From Paramecium tetraurelia (lineage: Eukaryota): 64,000 bases of DNA. The notes beneath the pieces were generated by a model, which searched no databases, had not been told where the DNA came from, and saw nothing but the letters and a program-made list of their open reading frames with translations. Shown piece by piece: positions 26,862-39,600 of the stretch. Every line of letters begins with the position of its first letter. Positions within the stretch are counted from its first letter, which is position 1. Position numbers and translations under genes: made by a program. The stretch covers positions 62,001 to 126,000 of the forward strand of contig CT868230.1 in NCBI GenBank assembly GCA_000165425.1, in the 5' to 3' direction.

Positions 26862-28313
26862 ATGGATTTTAGAAAATTTTAAATTACCATCCTGAGACTG
26901 GTCGATATCTTTGGCACTCCTTATTTGCATTCTATCAAATTCAATTAAAAAATCTAAAAATCAATTCTAGGAGGAATAACCTCAATATTTGTTTTGGTGA
27001 TCAGCTTAGCCTATTTCATCTATGTTATTGATTAATGGATTACATTCTAAATTTTACCCAAAACCAATAACTCCATGAAGGTAGAGCAATATTCTGATAT
27101 TCATTTACAAGATGAAAATCCCATCATCCAATTAAGCTATGGTAAGTATTCAGAGCAAAAATTGGATCCTTTTGATACTTAGAATAATATATTAATGCCG
27201 ATTGGGATATATTTCATAGATGGCAAACCATAGAAGCCGTTTTCGTTATTGAACAACAAATAAAAATCTGATGTATATCCCAATAAATTGTTACCCAGTC
27301 TTAACACACTAACCCTTGTGTAAAATGGAAATGCTGATTAAGATTTCCAAAAAACCACTGAGCTTGTTATTATGATTACTAAATGCCATCAAGAATATTT
27401 AGCAGACGGTGAAAAATGTGCAACTGATTAATAAATAGATGAATTCTTTGCAACAAGTGTTACTTATTTAGATTTTTGGATCAATCTGAAATAATTTAAT
27501 TTCCAAACCTAAAAATTTGAAGTAGTGAGAAAGCAATATTATTTCTGGTTTGAATCTAAATCAGCTTAATTAAGTTAGATCATGATTAAAAAGGCATATT
27601 TACATGTGGATAAGGGCATATTGTTTAATAGTTATAGTGATTACAATTACATTTAGGATACTTAGATAATGATGTCTACAACAAAAACCCAACTCTGGTC
27701 TCCTTTAGTCTCTGGGGAAACTTATTTAAGCTTGATATTTCGATTAGATCCAGTCTCAATTGATATCTAACTTGTATACCCAAAACTAGGTGAAATCTTG
27801 GCTACAGTTGGTTCAATCGTAAATTTGCTGATGGTGGTTAAATATGGTGCTTAATACTACAACGAATCATTATTAGAAAACAAATTGACAGATAAAATAA
27901 TTAAATATTATTATTCTGATTTTGAAGACCTCAAGACTTCATAAGATAATCAGACTAAGATTTATTATAATTAACTAAAAAAACAGGCGAAAAAAAAGTT
28001 AATTTTCCATAACATTCTATATGAATTATCTAGGATTCAACTGTTTTTATTCAATCAATTTGGGCGTACATTGATAGAAAATTCTCATTAATTAAAATTT
28101 AGATTTTAAGATTTTAAAGTAGATTTTGAGGGTGATGTATTTACTGCAAAGTAGTAATAGACATAATTAAATCTCATAGCTCATGAAAGTACTTCTAACT
28201 TCATGATCATAAGTATTCCAGATAAAGATAGGACCAAACTCTAAAGAGGGGACAAAGTGCATCCAGAAATTAGAAGTAGTATAGAATAGCAATCTTTTAG
28301 AGAGGACAAGTGA
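26862..28313 (+). CDS. Two-transmembrane protein with a large extracellular loop (ciliate-expanded family)
   Basis: Intronless 483-aa ORF; VDIFG...KSILGGITSIFVLVISLAYFIYVI (TM1); KCHQEYLADGEKCATDQQIDEFF; YPKLGEILATVGSIVNLLMVVKY (TM2). Confidence 0.8.
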
Positions 28314-28411
28314 TATTAAGTATAACACAATTGATTAGAATTTGATTTAACAATTCATTTCATAATTAATTATATATGATAGAATGCATAGCAAATAAAC
28401 AATAATAATAT

Positions 28412-31400
28412 TCATGATTATTATGGCGGTCTTTCTTCTTTTGGAAGATTGGCATGATAGATCTTTTCCCAACTAATAATGGTGTTATCAAGATTGGTTA
28501 TGCTCTGGTGCAAATAGCCATCCTAACAGGATAATATTCAGATAATTACAAAAAAGGCATTTAGAGTAAACCACAAAGGTCGGACAATGACTTTGAAGAA
28601 TCCCATTTCAGATTTTGCCATGATGTGTATTTTATGCAGATCCTTTAAGAAAGGTGTTTATGGTATGCCCAATCTGCCTTCTTCTTCATATTGAGCACTA
28701 AATTCTTTGTTGACTCTTTCAGACCAAATCCTTGAGATATCAAAAACTTTGGCTCCCCCATTGAAATCAGCAGTATGAATAATCATTCCAGTTAAGAGTT
28801 TGAGATCGTCATCTCCAGTTCCAAATGGTTTTGTCACATCATCCTTGATTCTACTTTCAAAATCTTTAAGGAGAGTAAAATGAACTTTGATATCCGTGTA
28901 GAGAATATTGTCTATGAGAATGCGTCTGAATTGTTGATGCTGTTCTTTAGTTAGGTTGCTTAAAAAGTTGAGTGATGAATCTTTAAGCATAAATATCGTG
29001 GTGGCTGCATGGTGTTGTTCAAGAGGCTAAAGGATAATAAGATTCTTACACTTGAATCATGATACCTGGTGGCTAATTTAGATTGGCTGTTAATCATAAA
29101 TACATTAGTTCTGCCAGTGTGTGAAACATCATGACACAAACCAGAAATGATGGTTGCCATTCTTCGAAAATCATCGATGAATTGTTTGGCCTTTTCACAT
29201 TACAACATGAAATGAGCACTTTACATAACCGATATTCCATGATCATAATTGTGAAATGAGTTATTTTTCTTATTGTATTTCTGTTATAGAACACTTAAAA
29301 ACTAAGCTAAACATTAATTATTCATATTATATTGAGAGATGAATCCATTCTTCTCCAAGATGCTATACACCAATCTATGTTTCTCCTACGAGGAATCCAA
29401 AGTCAGAATATTGAATTCAAACTAATCCAATTAAGAATCTCTCTCAAGTATTTTAAATTAGTTTATGTTAACCTACTCTAATTGCTGTTGATATTTGATG
29501 TACACACTTGAACTAATCTTCTTTTTTTTTTAAGGTGGAATAATCCATTAATCAATTTGCATGTCTTTCGACTATGAATCAGAACCCTTTACGTCAGGTT
29601 TACGATGTCTAATCTATTGCAACTCATTCTCAGGGATGAAGAGAGCTATCATTGAGTTGGCGACATCTTGCGTTTCATCTAATTGATTTAGAAACTTGAA
29701 GGTTTAATGTTTATTGTATTGAATTAGTATTTGTCTTTAGATATCCTCCTCGAATGATTTATTAACTTCAGCTTCCTTCTATACGTCATTCGTCATGCTG
29801 TCCATCTTCAGAGTCATAAAGTAGTGTTTAAGTCTCCTTGCCTCATTTTCATGGAATATGACTGTGAATCCTTTAAAGTCATTATCAATCACCTTGAGAA
29901 ATATTTCAAATTGAGGGATTTCGACGTTGCTCAAGTATTGATTTTGCCTATTTTCATGGATATTCTAAATATTCACCTCAATATTGGAAATGATACTGTT
30001 TTAAGCAAAAATATCCTGATAAGTAATTTTATTATATAGAATTGCTTTCGGATCAAAGTTAATATTGTATCTTTGTCTAATTAATCATATGAAATGAATT
30101 TACTTTTATGCCTTAGAAATTGGTCTACTCAAGAAAATCAGTTCTCCTTGCTTATTGAAATCAAACAATAACGAGTCAGTAGTTCTAAGGAAATACTTAT
30201 AAAACGCAGACTTTTCATAACATAACTTCACGTATCCATCATATTTCTCTAATATTTGAATTATCTATTGGATATAATATCTAATAATTACAAGAGAGTA
30301 TAATTGTGAATCCTGTTCATTCTTCAGGTCCAAGTTCTTTATACTTAAGGTAACTTGATTTGAATCTTTTAATTCTATTTTTAATGAAGGCACCTCTTTG
30401 TTCTTCTTAACCAGACCCTCAGTCTAATTCTACTGTTCTTATTCAACTTCGTATTTTGCACTCAAAACTTGTTTAATGCCTTCAAGCAACAGAAATCTCG
30501 ATATCCTCATAAACGTGATTCCTATGTCCTACACATGATCAGCAAAGCGTAATGGATTGAAGAATTAGACTTTAGCAGTTATGATAGTTTCAACTAAGAA
30601 TTGTGCTAGATGAGTGACATCTGTGTTAAATCCATAGATGTTAGCATTGCTAAAATCAATAATGAGGAATACTTGATGAAATTTCTCTTTATATTATTTT
30701 TATCCTTATCTGTCCAATGCAAACAGAAGAGAACCTCGTAATTTTTGATATGCAGTTGGAATTTAACGATGGATGTTTGTGCATAGGCGTTGGTTTTACA
30801 GGTCTCCTGGATTTGCGGATATTGATTATGTTTTGAATCTACTCTGTGGATGTAGGAAGGCCGAATTTATGTTAATTCATCGTTAACCTTTTGGGCTTCT
30901 TCAGGAGTGACATCTTTGATGGAATCATTGGCTGAAGAGTACACTTCCCAATCCTTGTCTCGATGAATGAAAAAAGTAAATTCATCAGCATCGACAAGTA
31001 TTTTGAGAAGGAATTTCAGCACTTAATACAAATTTTCATATGAAATGTCTTCTTGCATGAGAAGCAAATGCGTGTGCAAGTTGCCAGTAAAAATATTCTT
31101 TAATTCTTTGTAGATCTCATCTATTTGCCTTTTCATTTTGTCATACACATCTTCTTCACTAGAATCAGCATCTTTCTCACTTATTTCTGCTAGTTTGTTA
31201 TCGTCGCCTATATTTTATGCATGCTAGCCATTTGGGTCTGCTTATTCGGATGTAAGTTGTAGTATTAAATTGCATAGTGACAACAACTTTTCCTTGTCTT
31301 CTGGGACAAGTAAATTATGCTTTTCAATATGCTTGTTCAATAATTCTGTGAGTTGGTCAATCATCACTGCACCTACTCCTGCTAAAGGCTGGGGTATTGA

Positions 31401-31743
31401 TTATTCTAGCTTGCTTGTATTCTGTTGTTTGTCTTCATCCGAGACATCTTTGGTAAAATGCATAGTCTTGGATTTATGTTACCGTCTCCTCTGTAATGCC
31501 TTATTTTATTCCTCCAAATAATCTAGTAATGCCTATCGCAATTGCATTTCCCTAATTAAATGAGAAGGTTCACGAATACTTTCCAGGTCCACTATTTTGA
31601 ATGAGAACGCGACAAATTTTTTCTTCCTTGTGAGTCAGACTAGATTTGAGGAGAGCCTTCTGTTCAGAAGAGATTTGGTTGGTCTTACAAAGATTGGTGA
31701 CAACGATGAAGAATTATGTGTAGTGACTCAATTATGGATCCAT
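28412..31743 (-). CDS. Class I 3',5'-cyclic nucleotide phosphodiesterase with a long N-terminal regulatory region
   Basis: FHNYDHGISVMQ, GLCHDVSHTGRTNVF, RYHDSS/PLEQHH, ILYTD, IIHTADFNG, WSERVNKEFSAQYEEE; several tiny introns. Confidence 0.93.
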
Positions 31744-32378
31744 TTTTATAATTTATAGGGTCGTTTCAAGTAATTTGAACTTCCCTTATAATATGATTGT
31801 GAACGAGGTTTCACAACAACTGTGTCTGGAGTCTCAGTAACATGCTTTTTGAATTCTTCCAATCCAAGACGTTGTTTCTGTTGGATCAGATTGACATGTT
31901 TGTGTTTCCCCATGGAAATAAGTTTGGACAATTTATTGTTCAATTTCTCCTCTAATTTTGGAGTATTGTCACTGAATTTGAACGCCTTCAATTCAGGCTT
32001 GGAACATCGTTCTCCTGAACATAGAACCAATCCAAAGCCTATTGGATAGCACCGCACTTGCAGTGGACGATTGCAACAATAGCTATAAGGTACTTATTTT
32101 GAGTTCATGAAAAAGATGGTGTAAGTTTTGGTGTACAAATGTTGGCAGATGAGGATGCTGTGTTATCGAAGTTGGATTTCAGGGAACATCCTCATAATCA
32201 CATTCTGAATGTAGATCGATTTCTCATCATTGGGAGAGAGAGACTCTGTTTGTGATTCTACATGGACTAAGCGAATAATGTAAATAAGTCTACTGGCATT
32301 GAGAGTCTCTTTCAGAGAAGGTTCATAGATGTGGTAATAAGGCTTATCATCTAAGTTGGGAAGTAAAGTGTTATTCAT
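31728..32378 (-). CDS. Hypothetical protein (~210 aa, Cys-containing middle region)
   Basis: TGA-free table-6 frame from ATG 32378 (MNNTLLPNLDDKPYYHIYEP...YCCNRPLQVRCYPIGFGLVLCSGERC); as written its stop overlaps the PDE start. Confidence 0.65.
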
Positions 32379-32391
32379 TTTAATAAAAATA

Positions 32392-33706
32392 TCATTAGAT
32401 TTCCATCTTCTATTGAAACAATTTCTCAAACACTGCCCCAGGCCCTGATGGATCCGAGAAGTTGTGCAACTTAAGGTTTTCTCTACATTATTAAAATCTA
32501 TAATAAACTTGTTGTAATCTCGGACATCTCTGCAACCTTGCATCCCTCTCAGATACTTCAGCAAGGACTCCAATTCCTTGTCTTCCTTGTTGTCATAGAA
32601 GGGAATTATGGGAATCCCATTTTCTAATTGCCAAGCATAAGAATAAGAGGCATTGTCCACCAAAACCAATTGACTCAATGGACGATCAAATATTCTCAGA
32701 TCCTTTGTATACATTCCTCCTGTGGTCATTATGCAGTTGTCACGGTACAAACTGTGTGAGATTAGTGTCTTATTCGGATCCAGATACTCTATAACCTTCT
32801 AAGCATAGCAAGGATGAGAGGCAGTGAAAATGATCAATTCAAAGTCATTGACCAATAGTTCAAGCAGTTTTATGGCTCCAGGTCTAATATTGATTCCTGC
32901 TTTTATTGTTTCTTGAGGGGAAACTTAAATAGTAAGAATAACATCACTGGGAATGGCGAGACTCTCATTGCAATGAACCAAGGTTTCGTCAAGATCAAAC
33001 ACAATGCTAATCTTATCTAATGATATGATTGATTCATACTTTTATAAATATCCTTTTGTTTAAGACGTACTTATTTGTTTTTGAGATCCTTTGGATCGGC
33101 TGGCGATAAATATGAAGCAACATATATTCCTTAATAGGTTTAAAAAAAATGCTCTCTGTACATCCGACTAAAATAATCGTCGTGTATGGGTTTCGTGAAA
33201 GCATTCTTAACTTTAGTTATATAATATTGTGGCTGATCTTAATTTAATTTCTTAGTGCTCTCAAAATACTTGTTCACACTTAGACTGCCCTTCCCTGCAC
33301 TTTTAGGAGTAACCTGTTGCGATTGTGTTTTTGGCTTCTAAAACAACGCACTCTGAAGCTTTTTTAGGATCAAATCCTTGCTTTATCCCACTGATTGCTG
33401 GGGACGATGGTGTGGTTTCTTCTCAGTTGATGGTCTATATGATTAAGTGCCAGTTGGTGTTGGGGGTTTAACTGGGTATTAGATGTCCAGTTAAGGTGAG
33501 ACTTTCGTCACAAGTTGACTTAAAATCTTGGACGATTGAGTTGGAGTGATAATTGGATGTTAAACTTTACTCTCCTTCTTTTTGAGCAATTAGAAGTATT
33601 TTTGCATAGCAGCATTCACTTCTGAATTGCTCAGCTTTTTGGCTGATGATTCGCGATTTGCTTGTATTTTTTACGGCAAATATGACTTTGAGAGATTAAA
33701 ATCCAT
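32392..33706 (-). CDS. CTD small phosphatase-like (NIF/FCP1 HAD family) phosphatase
   Basis: IVFDLDETLVHC, NIRPGA, IIFTASHPCYAQKVIEYLDP, YRDNC...YTKDLRIF, LVDNASYSYAWQLENGIPIIPFY; an alternative in-frame ATG lies at 33727. Confidence 0.92.
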
Positions 33707-33723
33707 TAAATATCGTTGTGGTT

Positions 33724-34532
33724 TCATATATATTAAATTTATGGTAACCTGATTGACAGGTTTCCCTATGATTTATGAATAATATTGCTCAATTTTTATA
33801 CATTTGGATCCATTCTAATTTCATCCATCTACAACATCATACGATCATGTAATTTTCTAATTCTACTTGTTGGCAAATGTAATGTGGCATTCGGAAGTTT
33901 AGTAAATTTTTACGCCACCTAAACTTGTGGAGGATCCTACATACTTTCAGCCTTTTTTCTTCGTCTTCTTGGGTCTCATAAGTAATTTGAATTCATCCTC
34001 CTTGAACCTCTTTACGCTTTTCACTTTTTCCACAACTATCGAACTTTTCCTATCATTTCTTGGTGACCCCACCTGCAACAACTGCAACATAAAATTAAAC
34101 TTCTCCCTATTTGTAATGTTGTCCTCATTCAGTTTCTCCTACAATCTCTTCCTCTCAATCTATTCTCCTATTCTTCGAAACAATCCCTCCAGTGTTGGAG
34201 GAGTATTTGCAGTTTCATCCTTCTTTGGTTTGTAAGTCATCTGCAAGTCAGGATTATGAAGCAATTGATGAAATGCTAACTCATTTAAATGATTCTTAAC
34301 ATTCTGATGGCATACTTAATTAGCCATCCTAAGCAATTTACATAAATTCGAGAATGGTACATCATATTGCCATGCCTAAAAAGTAATATATAGTTGGAGT
34401 AACTACTCTCAATAATTTAAAGATTCTCTCCAGAGTTATGAATTCTTCTCCTTCACGAATCAAATTGAAAAGATCTTACAATTAGTTCTAGCATGCGAGT
34501 GGATAGCCATGTATGTAACATTAAGAATTCAT
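33724..34532 (-). CDS. Hypothetical protein with an EF-hand-like N-terminus; apparent +1 frameshift at about 33955
   Basis: LQDLFNLIREGEEFITLERIFKLLR; intron of 31 nt; frame hits TGA at 33947-33949 but coding-like sequence continues in the +1 frame (AESMQDPPQVQ...LSIRLPQIQYI-TGA). Confidence 0.6.
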
Positions 34533-35645
34533 TTAATTTATATAACTAAATTCATTAATTTTCTTTATAAGTTTATCGATCAAATTATGAGATAATTAAT
34601 CTTTTATTTAATCATTCAATTCTTTAAAGGTTTAGAAATACCCTGATATATTATATGGAACTCAAATTACCTGATAGTATTATTGACCACTTGGAAAATG
34701 GATTAATTATAACTATTGCTCCATAAGTACAAGTAAAAAACATACTAGATTCTAGTAATAATAATGGTTTAAACATTATAATCTATTATTAATTTTATAG
34801 AATTTTTATATGAATTATTATTAGAAGGGGATCAAAAGAAATGAAATTTTGTTATGGAAAGATGAGTATTACACTAACAGATTAAACAAATGCAAATTCT
34901 TCTAATATTTAAAATATTTAAGAGTTATAAAGTGTACTAAAATTACTAGAATTTCTTTTATTATTAATGCATTATTACACTGATTTGAGTAATATCTTCT
35001 TGAGAATGCAGCAGAATTCAAATGTTCAATTAATTAGAAGGGATTAATGATAACATTAAAAAACTGACCAAGTGTAGGATTAATATTTTTATTGATATAT
35101 AACACCAAATCATATAATGGTAGTGAAATCTCCAATTATTAAAAATTAAATAATTTTGAATTGGATTCTATTTGCAATAGTCAATTTCATCTTCACACCA
35201 TTTGATTAGCAAAATTTATATGGGTTATCTAATAAAAAAGATTTCTAATAAATTAGCATCAATAAAATCATTATAGTTTCTGTTTGAATAATGAAATCCA
35301 AACAATTTTACGTGCCTCAAAATAAGCTTATTCTTAAATCATCTTTAAAACCACCTTTTTTTGATTTTAATTGTTCTGAAATTTTATCTGTTTTAATTCT
35401 TTTCAAAATTAGAGAGATTTCAGAGACTTACAATTTGAACACTCAAATTAAAAAGCTGATTATATTTCAACGATTTTTATATCATCCTTCAATCTCATTT
35501 TGTATTCTCCTAATCTTAGGTGAATTTCATAAAATAACTTCGATTCAAGAGATTTTATTTTCGACACCAAAGACTTTTATACATTCAATAACATTTAAAA
35601 TAGTACAAACCATCATTATTCAAATAAATATTTCTCACTATATAC

Positions 35646-36147
35646 TCATAAATCAACCATGTCTCTTGTCTTGTCTACATATCCGTTCTCATCTGGCATA
35701 TAATATTTTCCGTCCATCAACACAGGTTATTTTTTTTAATACATTTCCTTTCTGTACTTTTATACTTCTAATGGATCAATCTCAAAACAAGCCTTAGTAT
35801 ATTATACACAAAATTCATCTTCAATTGATTCATTTGATTCTCTTTTCATTAGATGTTCACTCAATTAGTCTCTCCAACCACCAATAAATACAGTGCATCC
35901 AGATTCAACTGTTCTACTGATATATGCATATCCTTTGAATTCCTCTATCACAAGCTCTACTCAAGGCATCTTCAATCAAGACTTCGCTTCTGCTTTATTT
36001 TATTTCTTTCAAAGTCTCCCTAATAATCGCCTGGCATCCCATACAATAGATATGCTTATCGAAAGTTCTAGGTCTCACAGAAAGTGGATCAAACTTCTTT
36101 TTAGCGTTTATTGCGAGTATTAATGTGATGTAAATTAAAATTATCAT
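35646..36147 (-). CDS. Canopy/saposin-B-like secretory-pathway protein; apparent +1 frameshift at about 35942
   Basis: Signal peptide MIILIYITLILAINA; YCMGCQAIIRE...SEVLIEDALSRAC; +1 frame GCTVFIGGWRDQL...EDEFCVQYTKAC; C-terminus MVDL; span is 502 nt (3n+1). Confidence 0.75.
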
Positions 36148-36698
36148 TGCATAAACTCTGCAAATAGTCCAAGTCTTTTAATTAAATAGAAATAAGTAAA
36201 TCGTACTTAGAAATAATCTTCATTAGGAGGGTTAACATTTCTTGGATAAATTTTTTCATATTAAGAAAACAAAGGATTGAAATATTTTATTTATTTTATA
36301 TATTTAGTCCTTTTACAGATAAATAATAGAATAGATAAGTAGGTTAATTAATTATTCCAGTAGCGACCATTCTTAATGGATTGAAAATTCAATCTTTATT
36401 TATTGAGTTCAATATTAATCAAAATTATTTTGTAGAATAATTATTAATGAAATAAATTGGCCTTACACCTAAGAAATGTTGTTGAAGCCACTTTTTTGAT
36501 TTCTTATTAGATTTATCTAATTTTAATTGTTTATATAGATTGGATTGCATATCTGTTTAAATAAGCCACCTAATCTCTAGATAGTATTTTTATATGTCAC
36601 TCTATCAAATAGAAGGATGAAATAGTGTAGTAAAGCATAATGATAGATATTAGAGACACATTAATTATTAACGATTATCTTAAAAATATAAATATATA

Positions 36699-39600
36699 TC
36701 AATGATTATAAGTTAAATTTAATAAGGAACTAGTTGGGATTTCTCTTATTCTATAAAACAATAAATAAGTATATTGGGACACTACTTTCTCTGCTGATTA
36801 TGGTTTTATTTGATCGTCATCACAATGCACCCAAACATCTTTTTAATCAATATTCTTCAACACATAAGAAGTATAATGGCCTACTCTTAGATAAAATATA
36901 CTTACCGTATTAACCATTACCAAAATGATTAGCAACTGCATATAGATCATAAATCTTGTTACTATTTTGTCCAATCTGCCATTACTTCAAATTCAAAGAC
37001 CTCAAGGGGAAATCTATATCTGATTCTATCTTCTCCAAATAACCATCCCTGTATTAGAATCTCTTCAGATGCAATATCAAAATATTAGGAGTGTGTCCCA
37101 ATGATAACTTTACAATTGCTTACTACTTGGATTGACATTTATCGCAATTTATCTCTACTTTCTCTTCCTGTGTCAAGATTGAAAAACATTGATCTGGTGT
37201 CACTCTATCTTTCCTGTTATTTTTGTTCTCAATCAACTATTAATAAGTTTCATGATGTGAAACAACTGTTGAAAAAAAATTAAATGACAATGAATCTATC
37301 CAATCCAATACTATGCAGTAATTCTAAGGTAATTGTAAAAACATAGGATCAATTTCACAAGAATAGCCAGTGCAAACATTGTATCTATTACTCGAATTGG
37401 CTGTACTTTTTTCGCATGCTATGCAATTCATATTTTAGTCTAAAATTTTAATTTTATAAGGGAAATCATTAGATTTAATGAAATTGAGCTCTTCCTAAAT
37501 TGATTCATAGTTTGGTCTATTAATTTTCTTTTGATTCGGTTCCAAGTCCTATTCTGTTCTTCTATAACTACTCTTCCTCATTTCAGCCTAACCTAGATAC
37601 ACACTTTATGCATTGTATTTTTTGGAATGATGTAAATCATTTGATATATCCTGGGCTCCATTGTAGTATTGCACTTTCTCTTTTTGCATCTTCTATATGC
37701 AACTCTTCTTCTTCAAATAGCCCTATAAGATAAATTACAAAAATACTTACAAAATCTATGAATCGTTTGGCCTGTATATAGATTAATGCCTAAAACTCGT
37801 TTAAGGTGAGATGAGAGGATGGAACCAATATTAAAAAGGGAAAACAGAATTTCTCATATTGTTCAGTTGCTTTGTTGAAATATCGATTTGTCACAGTAAC
37901 TAGATTAAACTTTTTTTAAGTCTATACTTTGCTTCTAAAAGGTTACAATTGATATTAGTGAAATGTTTACACATTTGGATATTAATTTTGTTTTTTTATT
38001 TAAACTTTATAATTCTTTTCGTGATTCTTATCAATTATTTAAGTGATTTAGCCATGTCTCCAATCTCCCAACCTATCTTCAATATCGACATAATCTGAGG
38101 TTTGGAAGTTCTCTTTTCTATAAGTGAACATGGACATCAACTCCTAAAATTCATCCTCTGCATCCTTGACAACCTTGGCTATCTCAAATACATGTAGTAA
38201 TTGATTAGCCTTTAAACCGATCTATCTAATAGGGATTGAGGGATTCAGATTTCCAAATTGTCGATGTATTTAATTTCTATAGATTTCAGTCAATTCAAAT
38301 CTCTATTGAGATATCCCAGTAACCTTCTCAATTGCAATAAACAAATCCTTCAGCAAGGCATATTTAGAGACTTTGATCCCGTACTTATCCAAGGGTGGAA
38401 TCTCACTCTACAATGATTGACACTTCTTAAACAATATAATGAAGATGGGAATTTCATCATTTATTGGGATTGGTAAACTCAAAGTATAGTACTCCTCAAA
38501 CTTCTAACTCTTGTATTAGCAATTTTAACAAATCAACGTATTGACTGTCTTACCAGTAAATAGTTCTTTTACTACCGTTTCGAACTACTCGAAGGAGTTA
38601 TTGATATTGGATTAAACGATAGATTTCTTCTATAGGTTCTTCTTCAGTTCATCTGACATGGTGTCTAAAAGCATATTAAGAAATTCTTGTGCATCGTGTT
38701 GTTCAAAGCCTGAAAATGAAGGCAGATTGTGATCAATAGCTTTTTTGAATTATTCAGGTGCAAATGCTTTGTCTTTTTAATCCTTCAACCTAATGGCTAC
38801 TTTAGACAATTCCTCAATCAAATAAGTGAATTTAGAGTTCTTTTAAATTTCAGACTTGAATGCCTACTTATACAAGTAATCATCGAACACTGGTGTATTT
38901 ATTAGACACTACAGCACTGTGTTAATGAAACAGGTGTTTCCCAAATTCAACAATCCAATATGATGAGGAATCAGAAAATAGTTTGGTTCCTACTTTTATT
39001 TCGAATTCGGAGGATATATTCTTATAGATCGTTCAGTAGCTGGTATAGAAAAGTCTCTTTGATAACTTTCCTTTTGGATGTGAAATCTAATGACACTTAG
39101 ATCTTCTGAGAATCCATTTACTATACACAACAACCATTCATTTGAAGTAGGATGCTGAACATCGTACAATTGTCCCAATCCACATCCAACCTATTGAAAT
39201 ACAGATTTTGGAGTCTTGCCTTTCAATACCAAAGTAACAAAGGTGCCAGATACAATTTATAAATCCAGTAATTTCAATTCCATGTCTTCTACAAGAGTCC
39301 ATGATTCGTTCACCTTCATGTAATACAACTGATAATCATATTAATTTTTGATCTTAAACTTTTTAACCAATTTGTTCATAACTTGACGCATAGATTTTCG
39401 TAAATTGACCATAAATTTGTATGAACGCCTAAACGATAACTCTCCCTTATTTGTGGTGATGTATCCTTACAAAACTGGAGGGTAGAGATCAACAATCTAA
39501 GTTTTAGTACGTTCATCATGAAAAGACCGTCTCTTATAAGCCAGATTATTGTAGCATCCGTACCATTACACTAGAGAAATCCAAGCAGCCTCAGGCAAGA

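Noticed and set aside
32163..32750. 195-aa ORF fusing the phosphatase C-terminus to the next gene
   Set aside because: Artefact of reading through an unspliced 26-nt intron; the spliced phosphatase ends at TGA 32392-32394
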